A DNA stretch of 63,883 nt, filler included, from Asterionella formosa (lineage: Eukaryota): assembly GCA_002256025.1 (NCBI GenBank). It is 3 parts of 3 records of this genome, joined end to end, with 100 filler letters (N's around TTAATTAATTAA, not from the genome) between each part and the next. Parts side by side here need not be neighbours in the genome. Positions count along the whole stretch, not along the records: positions 21,355 to 42,590 come from NKIB01003075.1; positions 42,691 to 63,883 come from NKIB01003081.1; 1 more part is not named here. One strand, given 5' to 3'. The position numbers and the translations under genes were made by a program. A model generated the notes under the pieces. It had not been told where the DNA came from. It saw only the letters and a list, made by a program, of their open reading frames with translations, and made no database searches. This document shows positions 37,327 through 49,792 of the stretch, in pieces; the stretch's first letter is position 1; each line of letters begins with the position of its first letter.

Positions 37327-38032
37327 AAGGAAGCACTGGTGTATAAAATATGTGTTCTAAGCAGTCTAGAAATAGGTGAACCTGATCTCAGTTTCTTAAC
37401 ACACTTTTCGTAGAATCGTGCCCAATTTTTCGTTGATCCTTCATTAGTTAAAAGGCATAAGAAGAAGGATTAATCATCAGAACAGCAACAATACATCGCC
37501 AATTGCTTGTTTCGCAACCTCAAAGCTGATGAGACCATTGTTGACATGGACAACCAGCTCGTCATGAATCTGGGTGTGCACTAAACTTTAGATAATTAAT
37601 TGATGTCTGTAGAACGAAATATTTTTGTCCAGAAATGCATGCTCGTTAGTTTATTAAGCTATACTATCTCTTAGTAATAGCCGATATTTCATACATAGAT
37701 ACAGGTCAGGAGTACGATGGCCAACGAAATCAATTAGCCCAAAACAATCCATATGTATCGCTATTTAGCGTTATACTTTTCTAACCGATGCACCCATTGC
37801 CAGCATTGTCTCACATACAACAAATTGCAAATAGCTTCTACTTCTTTGAAGGACATTGATTGAGCCAGGTTGTTAGTGCGTTATTGAGAGTGTGGCAACT
37901 ATAGTTGAACAGAGGGAGTACTGTATATGGGATTTCTGTGTTCTATATGTCTGGGATGACGGCAAAACGACTAACAAAAAAAAGTGAACATGCATTTTAC
38001 ACGAAAGGCAAGTTCAATGGTGACTGTCGTAA

Positions 38033-38077
38033 AATCAGCTTAGATGAAAAGCTTGAAGCTTTTCATCTAAGCTGATT
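38033..38077. repeat. 45-bp near-perfect palindrome (22-bp arms, 1-nt centre)
   Basis: AATCAGCTTAGATGAAAAGCTT-G-AAGCTTTTCATCTAAGCTGATT. Confidence 0.95.
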
Positions 38078-38312
38078 CTGGATTCCGTTTCTCCCTATAC
38101 CGGTGCTCGTGTGTAGAATGTGTCCTATTTAGCTGCCTTGGCCGTACGGCACACCGACCTCAGCCAGTGTCCGGTAAAATGGTTGTGCAACTCGTCATGA
38201 CTATGATGATAGATGGGGTAAAGACATCACAGATGAAGCAAAACTGTTCGATATTTCCATTCTATCATTGTATTGCGTTCTTCTTTAAATCGCACCTCTT
38301 ACACTAGTTGTG

Positions 38313-39458
38313 ATGTCTCTAGCTCTAGTAGCGTCAAGAAGAACTTGTCGTCGATTCCCCCACAATAATCCTTGTATCGGAGAGTCTCGCCGGCTCCTTT
38401 CTCGACTGCCCAGCACACCCAGTGGGGCTGCCAGTACCACAACGGCCACTACGAAAGCGGCAGATCTCGCGTGGAAGGTATCGAAACCCAACGCTATTTT
38501 TCCATGGCGACACGAAGAGACAAATTCTCTCGAGTGGCTTCAAAGGGGGCAAAAGTTTGGCCCACGCATGCCGCCAATGAATCGCTTGGGCACTGCCGTG
38601 ATGATACATGGGACGGCGGCCAATGCGTTGAACATTTCATGGTACGACTTGCCGTTTACCAAATGGAAGCAAGAGTTGGCAGATTCGAGTGCATGGGCGT
38701 TTTCTCAGGCCGTGGCGGGAGTGCTTTCCAATACATATTGCGTTCCGTTGGAGAGCATTGTCAAAGAGGATGCTGCATTCGAGGTTGACTTTCTATACAC
38801 AACAACAACAACAACACCGCCAACCGGGAACACAGAAAAAGAGTCAGACAAAACGTTAAACGACGAAATGGCGCTAAACGTTGACGATATGATTGAGGGG
38901 TCGCTCAAAACTCTCTATCAAGCCGCGCACGAATCCGGGCGACAAAATCTCCAAATAACATTACAAACCAACCCGGTCGGAGCTCATTTCATTTCATGCT
39001 TTTGGATTCCCTATTTGACCCGACAACAAGTCAAGGACAAGCCAGCGATGAAACGTACATTTTACAATATGCGTGACACAGTAGAGCATGAATTGGAGTT
39101 ATCAGGGAAGACTCCGTCAACAATTGATGCCATGACAGCGACCATGAAAGAGCTTGACAAGTTAGCAAGAAGGCAAACAAAGGACTATGAACAACATTCA
39201 TGTGTGGAATCCACAGTCGTCCTGCTTGTCTTGGTGGAGTGCGATGAAATATTTTCTGTTGTGGATCTGGAAACATCCAAGGTGATACAAGGACACGAAG
39301 ATCATAAAATTCGAAGGGTCAATCATGTGGTGCGATTGGAACAAGTGGCAAATTGGGTGATGCATGACACTCAAGGTTTTTTTGTAGAGAATGGTCCATG
39401 GCAAATTACAGATTGGGATGATTTGCTTGAGGGGAATATTTTTTACTTGGGTGACTAA
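38313..39458 (+). CDS. Mitochondrial Tim44-like domain protein
   Basis: Arg/Ser-rich presequence-like N-terminus. The C-terminal stretch VLVECDEIFSVVD..VIQG..VNHVVRLE..WQITDW resembles the Tim44/NTF2-like fold end. Confidence 0.6.
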   Translation: MSLALVASRRTCRRFPHNNPCIGESRRLLSRLPSTPSGAASTTTATTKAADLAWKVSKPNAIFPWRHEETNSLEWLQRGQKFGPRMPPMNRLGTAVMIHGTAANALNISWYDLPFTKWKQELADSSAWAFSQAVAGVLSNTYCVPLESIVKEDAAFEVDFLYTTTTTTPPTGNTEKESDKTLNDEMALNVDDMIEGSLKTLYQAAHESGRQNLQITLQTNPVGAHFISCFWIPYLTRQQVKDKPAMKRTFYNMRDTVEHELELSGKTPSTIDAMTATMKELDKLARRQTKDYEQHSCVESTVVLLVLVECDEIFSVVDLETSKVIQGHEDHKIRRVNHVVRLEQVANWVMHDTQGFFVENGPWQITDWDDLLEGNIFYLGD

Positions 39459-42400
39459 CTATTTTTTCAACAGTTTAAGTATGCCTGTAGGAAATTCAAC
39501 AAATCATCCATTGGACTTCACTGGAGAGCAAAGCTAATAGTTCTCTTTAGGTTCTGCGTGTGCCTATGAAATGCAATGAGCTATATTTGCACTCACATTT
39601 CTTTTTGTAATGTAGGCTATACTACTGCACTATTAGTACTAATAGGTACCATACTAGCCATATCATCCCCAGGGAAACATTCTTTGTTTGCATCCAGAGG
39701 AGCAACACCACCAATATGTGACATCTCAACTGGGTACATGGTGCATTTTTGAGCATTTTAAAATATTTATATTGAATACATTTTTAAAATCTTGGTTGCT
39801 TAGTACTGGACTTGGCTGCATTTTTGAATTAGGATTGTGAAGGAGGGTTCACACCTTGTTATTGTCTTTGCTGTGATGCCTAATAAAATTCTCAAAGTGT
39901 CCTGATTGGCATTACTCAAACAGAATATTACTTTCTATTGATCCAATTTCTTTCCCCTTGGCATCCAGAAATGGCTGACCAGTAAGGAACAAGATTATGA
40001 AGATGCAGCTACTAGCAGGGCAGTCACTGTTGAATAGATTTCTTCTTTGATTGTTTCAATTTCCCATTTTAATCACTGCTTTTCCTTTTGTTCTGTTCTG
40101 TGCTTTTGAGTTGATTGCTCTTGCATATATGACGAGAGGTACTAAGATGATGCTATGTCTCCAAACAATCTTCATGTCACCCTGCAAGAGATCATTTTAG
40201 TCAGGAGCCAAAGTATTTAATGATCCAAGATGAGGCCATTTTGCAAATCTGGAAATGAGAGGAGCCTTTTTTCAATGTATACCTGAGGAGACATTTGGTT
40301 TGTGTTGCTATTGTCCTTGCTGTGTGTGGAAAGTAATACATCTACAGCCACCAATACTCCACCAAGACAACCCAAACCTCTGGACAAAGAGAAGTCAGAG
40401 GGTTGTCTCCTGCTTGTACTCTGCTTTCAGTGCTGCAGGCACTATCCTGTGTACGGTGCTGGTAGAACCATTTCCGGTCCTGAGAAGCAAGCATTGTTAG
40501 AGCATGGGAGAGATCCATCAGAGGCAATGACAACTTTACGCTTTCGTAGTTTATTTTGAAAGGGTGAAACCTCCAAGCGCATGACGACATACTGGGTGTA
40601 GGGGTTTTACTTATTCCCAAATGTGATAGCACAATTGTGGAAGAACTTTCGGCGGGGCAATCGCACATACCAGGATGGGTAGGGGGAGCAATGCCTGAGA
40701 TTTCAAGGATTTCATGGGTTCAAGATGTAACTGTCAATGGAGACATGGTAGAAAGATGGCTAAACGACAAGTTATATTGCATAGTGAAAGTCCATATTTT
40801 TTGTGCCTGAGGATATACTTTCTAGATGTACATATAATTACTCTTTGTTTTGCTGTTCCAAGGAGGCACCAGGAGAAAACCTATCCAGCCGCTTTGCCCA
40901 CCTGCCCTGTCAATGTGGCATTTTACAAATCAACGCCAACTTTCGATTGACTTCATCCTTCTGTCACATTGCAATATAAAAAGTGCCCAGCACCATCTCA
41001 ATGGCGTCTACTGCTATATTCTAAGGCACCCTTTGTAGTACAAGCCAAAGTAGAAGAAATATGAACTACTACACCGCTCCTGTCATGTTTGTTGAGAACT
41101 TCTCCTCCTTCAATCTCCATCATTCTCATAAGGAACGAGATTACAGTGCCCCCTATAGGTAATTCTCATCCCATTCAGACAATTTGACTATCAAAACAGA
41201 ATTTGTTTTATGTGAATGCTGTTGAATCAACATGTGCCTCCCTGTCTGCATCCTTCATATGTTAAACTTGATGAATGGTTCTGTTTGTACCAATATTATT
41301 CATTCAAGACAAGAAACACCACTCAAAATCGTGAGGCTTCCACTTGAATCACTAAAAGCAAAGACAATCATCATTGATTCATAGTTTGCTGTTGTTGGCC
41401 CACCTGCTCGTGAGGAGGCTCACCGGCTGGCAGTTGTGGCGGTTCCATCAACTTCATTTGGCGTTCCATGGTGGCTAAGCGACTCTTGTGTGCTTTCGAT
41501 TTGTAAAAAATTCCAAACATGGTGTGAGGATACATATGGTGAACGAGGCGACAGAACACGGTACTGAAAGTGAGAGGATAATTAATTTTTGACAGCAAAT
41601 GTAATGATAAACGAATCTGGAGGTTGCCTTTTTGAGCTCCATATATAATGGTAGCAACATAGCCTGGTATTGGTATACGCTATATGAAGGAAAGAAAATT
41701 CAACACGTTGAGCGATGATCGAGTCTTGTAGTAGTTCACATGAGAGTAGAAAGTCGAATTTGTCTGAAAAATGCGGGGTACTCCGTACCAGGTACCAGGT
41801 ACCAGATACCACCAACGCAAAAATGAGATGGTTGGGGATTAACCGGTATTTCACTTCTATCATATACCGGTATTTGGCTATACATAGATAGGCCATTCTA
41901 GAACGTGTGAGTCGATTTGTGATTGGTCAATTGGCACGAAACCAGTAAAAATTATACATGTCATATCCATCGTGAAGAGATCCTGACTCTCTATGTACCG
42001 GAATATAAAATGAAAGAGTGTGTATGTAGTACCATCATGGTGAAGTATCTAACTAGAAGTAGTAGTATTTGTTGAATATATGAGCTTATTTGTTAATCCT
42101 TGTGTGTAACTCGTTCTCCAAGTCGACACCAAAGTATACAATGAGGGTTAGTCGAGTTCTCTCATTATTGAGTTCTTATACATACATGATATAACACTAA
42201 CCCTATATACATCTGTATTGATGCGCAAGATCGCTCACTCTCCCACACCAAGGGAAAACCTTTTACCTTTGAAAAGGTTTGATGTAATGGATATTAATTC
42301 AGTCCGTAGTATGCATAGTTTGTTGAAAAGTAACTGGACCATTGGCATATACTTGAATAAATAGAATAAGAACCTCGTCCATGGTTATCCAAGGTAGTAG

Positions 42401-42690
42401 GATTATCCGATAGGATTAAAACCTCATCAACAACCTTGTAATCGCAAGAACGACGACGGAAAGTATCACGACGTAGTCATTTGTCAATTATCACTTATCG
42501 ACATTGATATCCCAATATCAATTACATATCTGTAATCAAATCATGTTGGAAAACCCATGTTCCTGGTGAAAATACACAATGTACTATAAANNNNNNNNNN
42601 NNNNNNNNNNNNNNNNNNNNNNNNNNNNNNNNNNTTAATTAATTAANNNNNNNNNNNNNNNNNNNNNNNNNNNNNNNNNNNNNNNNNNNN

Positions 42691-44306
42691 GCCATATTGA
42701 GCCAGGCCCTGGCATACTTGGGACGCAGCTGCAAGGCTCTGTGATATGCGGGTAAAGCATCAGAGGACTGATTTGAATTGGCTAACGTTGCACCTAGTTT
42801 GTTCCATAGAGAATACGAGTTTGGAAGTGCCTTTAGGGCAGTCTGAAAGGATGTCACCGCTGCCTCGTAGTCTCGACTGACATTGTAGACCACGCCAAGG
42901 GCTTCATGTATTGCAGGTGCTGTCGGATCGACTTGCAAGGCCGTGATTAGCAAGCCTTGAACTTGATCCAACTCTGTCTCGGAGGAACCACTGCCATAGA
43001 GATCATTTTCCAAAGAAATTTCCGAATATTTTGGATTGTGAGTTATCCATTCTCGTAAACTTTTGAGTGCCTTGGTGTGGTTCAGTTCATTCACGTAGCT
43101 TACACCAAGGGATAACAAGGCGTCAGTAGAATATGGGTCAGTTTCAACGGCACGTTCCAGACACGCAATGGCCTTACGGTCCTCATCATGTTCGGCGTGT
43201 GCTTTCCCCAAGACAAGCCACGCCTTGGCAGAATCAGGGTCAAGTTGAAGTGAAATTTCCAGTGCTTTGATTGCAAGTGTGTTTTCGCCTTGTTCAAATA
43301 GTTTGAGTCCTTCTTGGAAAAAGTCTCGGCCTGGTGTGGCTCGTTGCTCTTCCGTTATTTGTGTACCAAACTCATAAGGGTGGATTGTTTTGGATTCCTC
43401 ATCAGCATTGTACACACCGGCCAAATTCGCCGCCAAGTCATCATCATACTCAGCCTCGGCTTGGGCCCATGCAGCTGCTAAATCGTCAATCGTTGCTCCA
43501 GTAGCGTGTCCTCCTTCACGTTGGTAGTTATCATCATTTTCTATCTCTCTCCATGCTTTTGACAATTCTTTTGTGGTGACTTGTTCGACAAGGCCTTCAT
43601 GCCAATTGTCCAATGTTGGTTCCGATGTATCGTGGCGGTGTTCCCACTCTTGTAGCTGTTGGTTTATTTGTCGCTTCGCAGCAATGATAGAGTCCGTGGG
43701 TTCCTTCTCATTTAATATTCTCAAATATTCTCGCAATGCTGCTACATTTTCAGTTTCACCCCCGTTGGAAGATTTATAATAGAGAGGTTCACCTGAAAGT
43801 ATCGACTCCTGCACATGCTCTCGAAGCGCTTTCATATGGTCTGGTTCACTGGTGTTTAAGGACGCAATTTGCTGCTGCTGATGTTGTTGTTGTTCGGCAT
43901 ACATTTGTTGTTGCTGCATCATTTGTTGCTGCAACATGATATATTGCGAATGGGCAAACATGGCTTGTTGTTGTTGCTGCTGCTGCTGCTGCATCAGCAT
44001 CCGGTTGGGTGACGGATGGTGGTATTGGTGTTGCAACATGACGTTGTGTGGATGCTGATGGGTGTGTATTACGTGTTGTTGCAACATCATGGGGTTCGTC
44101 GTCGCAAGATGCTGCTGTTGGGATGGCTGCATTTGCATCACTTTAGAATTGTCCAGAAATCTAGGAGGAGCTTCTGGCATTTCAGCTCCCCCTCCAACAA
44201 TGGCAGCATGGCCAAAGAACGAAGCAATGGCTTTTGTCCCACCACCTTGAGTCGATCCACCCAACACTCGGTCCAGTACAGATCCTGTGGCACTACAGTC
44301 AGCCAT
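42691..44306 (-). CDS. PEX5: Peroxisomal PTS1 receptor PEX5, 3' end lost in the gap
   Basis: N-terminal Cys (MADCS), Trp-containing acidic helices, PEX5-type TPRs (AWLVLG..AEHDED, LGVSYVNE, LWNKLGATLAN, ALQLRPKYARAWLN). Confidence 0.9.
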
Positions 44307-44930
44307 CTTGATGATCAAAATAGAACAATGACTTTGAAAGCAGAGAAATGTCTGCAACAGCCCAGTTGCTTTCTCGTCGTCTTTCTTGAACTTTCAATCT
44401 TGACGCCGCTCTTCCTATACCGGTAGGTAATACATATATGGTATACCGGTGTTCCGGTACCAGGGTACCTGGTAGTCAATCATGAATACATCATATATAG
44501 CATGTTACTGTATGTTAGACAATACTGGTTTGTATGTATGATGAACATACTATAGTAACAGGGTACCTGTGCTACCTGGTACCTGGTACCTGGTACCGCC
44601 GGTACGCACATTGCTAATGATTTTTTTCGACGAGAATCTCACAAGCGAGAGGCGCCTCCCCAGCGTTGATACGATTTTCAATGATGATTGTTGGAGGTAA
44701 CTTTTGTACTACCGGTAAATGTATTTGACTACCCCCAGTGGTCGGTATAATACACAAACGGGTAGTTACCGGGTATTCACGCCCAAATGGAAATCAATAT
44801 AAACAAATATACACCATGCGGTACATAGCAGAGGACAATCAATTCTATACCGAAAGCAACCAACACGATGAAGAAATTCTGGGAAACGACAAAGCTTCCA
44901 TTTACATAAAATGATTTAGACTCCTGTCCA

Positions 44931-45695
44931 ATGGACCAACCTACTAATTCTACCGGTACTACTAATGTGGAGCCAGCTATATTCATTGAAAGCACCATCA
45001 TGACGCCCCTGTCTAGTATCGGGCCACCACCAGGTGCAGCTAGTGTGTCACCGAATCTGCTACTAGGTGGAATACTTGCCAGTACGACGGTAGCCCTAAC
45101 TCTCGGACTGACTGCTCCATTTGTCTTTACACGAGGCTCGCCTCTCCCGTATATGGCAACTCCCAAGAATAAGGTGATCCGAGCACTCAAGTATCTCAAG
45201 GAGCATACTATTATTAATACTCACCATCCTCATTTAACACCAAATGATTGCTGTAAGAAAAATAAGAATAGACCACTATTTGTAGATTTGGGATCGGGTG
45301 ATGGTGAAACACTGTACCAAGCTTCTCGTTTAGGTTACCGTGCAATTGGGTATGAACTGAATTTTACACTCTTTCTACTTTCCTCCCTTCGACGATTAAC
45401 ATGGCCCAATGATCTTCGGACACGAACGACTATTCAATATGGAAATTTCTTTCACACCACCACCCCGCCAGAGGCAACGGTGGTCATGATCTTTGGCGTT
45501 ACACCACTCATGCCAAAATTGAGTGTCAAACTTCAAAGAGAATTGGAGGTGGGAGCGCATATTATGAGTTATCGATTTGAACTTCCAACTTCGATACGTG
45601 ATGATTGCGACGATGATGAATTGGTATATGCGTCCCTAGTGTATGATCGCGAAGAAATGAAAATATATCAAATTCAGAAACGGAATGCTACATAG
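44931..45695 (+). CDS. SAM-dependent protein-lysine methyltransferase, FAM173 (ANTKMT/ATPSCKMT)-like
   Basis: TM segment followed by LPYMATP, motif I VDLGSGDG, GYELN, VMIFGV, SYRF. Confidence 0.75.
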   Translation: MDQPTNSTGTTNVEPAIFIESTIMTPLSSIGPPPGAASVSPNLLLGGILASTTVALTLGLTAPFVFTRGSPLPYMATPKNKVIRALKYLKEHTIINTHHPHLTPNDCCKKNKNRPLFVDLGSGDGETLYQASRLGYRAIGYELNFTLFLLSSLRRLTWPNDLRTRTTIQYGNFFHTTTPPEATVVMIFGVTPLMPKLSVKLQRELEVGAHIMSYRFELPTSIRDDCDDDELVYASLVYDREEMKIYQIQKRNAT

Positions 45696-46025
45696 TGCGG
45701 AACAATACATTTCAAGTCAACCCAAATGCAATTTTGCACAGTGGTATAGTGCGAGAATGGATCGAACCAAAATGTGTTGGAAATAAATAAAGGGACTTGT
45801 GTGGGCACAGAACAGTCACTGAATGCACTCATTGAAGCCGAAACTGCGAATTTAGTTTTTTTGATACACATGCATTGTAGTAACAAAGTGGAGTATGCAA
45901 TACACGACAGCAATCAAGATCAAATACCAAACTGAAGCAAACATTAAAATATCGCAACGAAGAATGCATTGACATGAATTTCTTATTATGGCACTGCTTT
46001 CCCTATTAATTGTATCCCATTCTGA

Positions 46026-47492
46026 CTACCAATTGGCTGGATTGGTAAACGTTGCCTCTGTCAACGGCAGATCATCTGTTAAGAAGTGATGTCCCAAGAA
46101 CTGATTGTAAAACGTAGGATTGTCCTGAATTTTCTTTTGGAAATCATCATCGTTGACGTCATAAAAAGTTTCATTTTGATCCAGCCGTAAATACGGAGCT
46201 GGCCCGATGGTATCGTGCAGCTTCCACCAAATAATGTAGCAAGGCTTATAGAATTTACAATTGATCTCATTGGAACAACTGGGAGATCTCCTGGCTTTAC
46301 TATCGTGGATGCAACAAAATGCTGTAATACACTCGGTATAGCACTTCGAAAACAACGCAATTGGACTGTATTTGTCACACAACGCAGCCAACTGGGGGTT
46401 GGGGCAAGCAACAATATCGGAATCGGCGGGATAGCACAGCTCATATGTTCCTGGCGTGTATGTCGGTGAAGGAGAAACACTGGGTTTACCTTCCAGGCTG
46501 GGTCCTGTCGATGGCTCCGAAGATAGGTTGTTACCTGATGCCACAGGAGCTTGCGACACAGGCGGTTCTGAAAATGTTGACGGTTGTGAGGATGGACGAT
46601 ACCCGTCATCTGTTACTGGCGCTTTAGTTTTTTCTGGAGGCTTATCTGATGGTGTTTTGGACGGCTTATCGGTACCGGGTGCCTTGTTTGGTTTCTTGGT
46701 AACAACTGCCATTGACGGACGTTGTGTTTTTATCTGAGCGGGTGCAATTGTCGGTCCAATTATAGTGGGAGCAGCATTCGGAGGAATGGCCGGAGATGTG
46801 TCAGGCATAGGAGGTCCGACCATTCCCATCCCCATTCCCTTTTTGTCCTTGTCTTTTCCACTTCCTTTGCTTTTTTCTCCTTTGGGTGGACTTTTACTCT
46901 GTGGTGACATCGCTCCTTTACCACCTTTTCCTTTGCCCATTCCTCCCTTGGGCATACCTCTGCTCTGCCTTGACATCGCCCCTCCTTTTCCTCGTCCACT
47001 GCGTCGTGGACGAGGAGCTCGCATTTTACTAAGGTCACGCAAATGAATCACGTTCACTTCCTCCGAGGTTTGCCCTCGTAATAGTGACCTTGTTGAGGGG
47101 CTTGGCAAGTCCTCGTCTATTATGTCTTCAAAGTCCAGGTCATCGGGATAGTGCTTCATATCTTCAGTTAGTTCACTTTTACTTGGCCACTGGACAGCGT
47201 CCCCTAGCAACTGAATCTCATTTGCCACCGCGAAAAGCTCGATTTTCTACCAAAGGCGTGAAGTGTCATTAGCAAGTGGACAGCATCTAACGAAACGAAG
47301 CTTGTCATGTGCAAAATTTCCACTTACTCTTTCCTCACTAAAGTCTGAAATATCGAAAAAGGGATCAATCCACCTTCGCTTGCCGTTGAGAGAACTAATT
47401 CTCTCCGATTGCTCATCATGTTCCTGCGCAGACACCGATGAGCACGCTATAGCTGCCACTGCAATCAACACTCCGTTTCTCAGCCGTCTCAT
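46026..47492 (-). CDS. Secreted Lys/Gly/Met-rich, Pro/Ser/Thr-rich protein with a C-terminal Cys-rich domain; 2 exons (47492-47328, 47246-46026)
   Basis: Signal peptide GVLIAVAAIACSSVSA; a phase-0 GTAAGT..TAG intron at 47327-47247 joins into ORF 46026..47228. Confidence 0.8.
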
Positions 47493-49178
47493 TGGTAAAG
47501 GAAAATGTAATCTACTTTGATTTGTAACGAGGTGCACTTTGGCCTTTTTCGATGTTCCTCGATCGTGCATTCTCTACTAGGCGCACTATTATGTAATGAT
47601 GACCATCAGAAACAATGAGCTTTTCCGGCATGAGAGTGAGGCATAATAATGACACCCTACAGGATAAAGAAAACGGTAGTAACTTATTTAAATGCACGGC
47701 GTAAAATAGAATACAGTACCAGCAGCAGGTAACAGGAATCTAGAGGTCGTGGTGGTATGTACCGGTACTGCTTTTCGATGTGATTCTTGCTTGCTGTCCT
47801 GCTTCTATTGACAATATTCTTTTAAATACATATACAGCTTCTTAGGATTTCATGATAAATTTCAACATGCGTTGAACGCCTGCATTCTCTAGATAACAAA
47901 CTTATGAACATAGACATAACCGAAAGCATTCATTTGCCGATATATGGGCTGGCTACCTCGCCATCCGCACGACATCGAGCCAGTCGTTCAAAGCCAAAAT
48001 CGTTATCTCGATGGTTGGCTGAACAACAAGAATCATCCTCGCTCGTCTGCCTGATGTGGTACCTGGTAGTCTACAGTTGTACCCGTTACATGATTTCTAT
48101 AATTGAACTGTCACAGAAAATGAAGGGTTTTGAACCTGATTTAATGTGGTAACTTGGTCAATTCAGACTCGATTGACTCAAAGCCCAGGTAATATGAAAA
48201 TTCAGGTATTCGTATGACTGGATACAGTACGAATTGAATACGTGGATATAGCTTTCAGGGAACTGTTTATGACGTTGTTCCTTTGGATTCCTCACGTTTT
48301 GGGCCGTTTTAATTCGATCCTATTTCCCATCTCTACAGCACCCACTTACTGAAATGTTCGTAACGTTGCTTCGCTACCAGGAACTACGGAGCAGCATCCA
48401 GATCATGCTATGGGTTCATATCGACGGCACTTTTCTTGTTCCAACTTGATCACAATTTACAAGCGTTCGAGGATTTAAAGCTGCACTAGTCGAAGAAGAG
48501 CTATTTTATAAGTTGTAAGTGTCTCTCAATAATATACGAGGTAGGGGAGACTCTATTTCGATGAGAAATGTATTGAAATCGTTTTGTAAACAGGATTTGT
48601 TGAGTTCCGAGACATCAGAAACCATGTTTTCGGCATTTTGGGTCAGCGACTGTGATTGATCCTCTGTTGTTCACGAAAGTTGATTTCTGTGAATCAAATA
48701 TGGCGCGTTTGGCCGGAAAGGAAGTGGCAGCTATTCGGAAGATTGGCATTTCAGGATGCAAGTCATCATCGGAATTGGGTTCGTTGTCCAAATTGCACAG
48801 TTACATCGGCGGGTTTTTTGGTTTGTCAATTGCTAGATTTCCTCGTCTTGTACATACCACTGTACACCTGTTGCTTTGCCAAATTTCTTTCCGATTCTTG
48901 ACTGTCACCACAATGTGTTTGGTACACCCTTCACGTAGAATCAACACCTGCCGAACCTGTCAGAAGTGCACATGCTCGTGTGGATGCTAGAACTGTCTTT
49001 TTGGGCGGTTGCTCTCCACCCAATTCTTTTTCTGCAACGTGACCAAAGAATTTTTGGGTGGATCGACCGATATGTCATACTGGTACCGTACTCTACTTGG
49101 AACCTGTAGTAGTATTTGTATCTACTTTTGTACAAAGCCTCTTCTCACCCATTCTATATTTTGATCTTTCAGAATCCA

Positions 49179-49792
49179 ATGGCCGACTACGACGAGGATC
49201 CACAAGTCGACGACCTCGAAGGAGGCGACGACGACGCAGATGAAGATGAGGAAGAAGAGGCTGATGGTGTGGGAGAAGGCGAAGTTGAACTTGGAAGTCA
49301 AGATACAGACGAAGATGAGGAGGTCGGGGAAGACGAAGGTATGTGATTGTGATGTAAATGGCTTCAATCTATTGAGATGTTATATCATTTAACTTGATTT
49401 CAGAAGCCGCCGATGATGATGACGATGAAGAGGAGGAAGAAGAGGAAGATGTAGGGGAAGATGAGGATGGAGAGGACGATGAGGAGGAGGAGGAAATGGG
49501 CACTGCTGTTTTGCTAGGACCCGAGATCGCTGAGGACCCAGCGGACGCTGCACAAGACTATGAACCTGCTGGTGACGAAGATGGTACGTTACCCCTTGAA
49601 GTCGTGTTCGGCAATTATCCCCAATATTATTTTTAACCGTGCTAACTTCAAACAGACGAAGACGAGAATGAAGGCGAGGACGAGGAAGATGATGATGAGT
49701 TCGATGACGACGAAGATGACGAGGAAGATGACAATGATGATGATGACGAAGATGAAGTCGCACCAACAACGAAGAAGCAACGGACAGAATAA
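49179..49792 (+). CDS. Hyper-acidic 158-aa protein with C-terminal NLS-like TKKQRTE; 3 exons (49179-49338, 49404-49583, 49656-49792)
   Basis: Two phase-1 GT-AG introns (49339-49403, 49584-49655) give one continuous D/E-rich frame ending EVAPTTKKQRTE*. Confidence 0.85.

Noticed and set aside
39600..41700. Fragmentary ORFs suggesting another TE or gene
   Set aside because: No recognisable motif; may be decayed TE but cannot be supported.
43860..44000. CAG/CAA trinucleotide runs
   Set aside because: Ordinary polyQ coding tract within PEX5.
46026..46450. Assignment of the Cys-rich domain to silicanin-1 or frustulin
   Set aside because: No NQ-rich region or TM helix, and no frustulin repeat consensus recognised.
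48245..48290. U3 snoRNA-like start (TAGCTTTCAGGGA)
   Set aside because: Box A is incomplete and no B/C/D boxes are in the proper arrangement.
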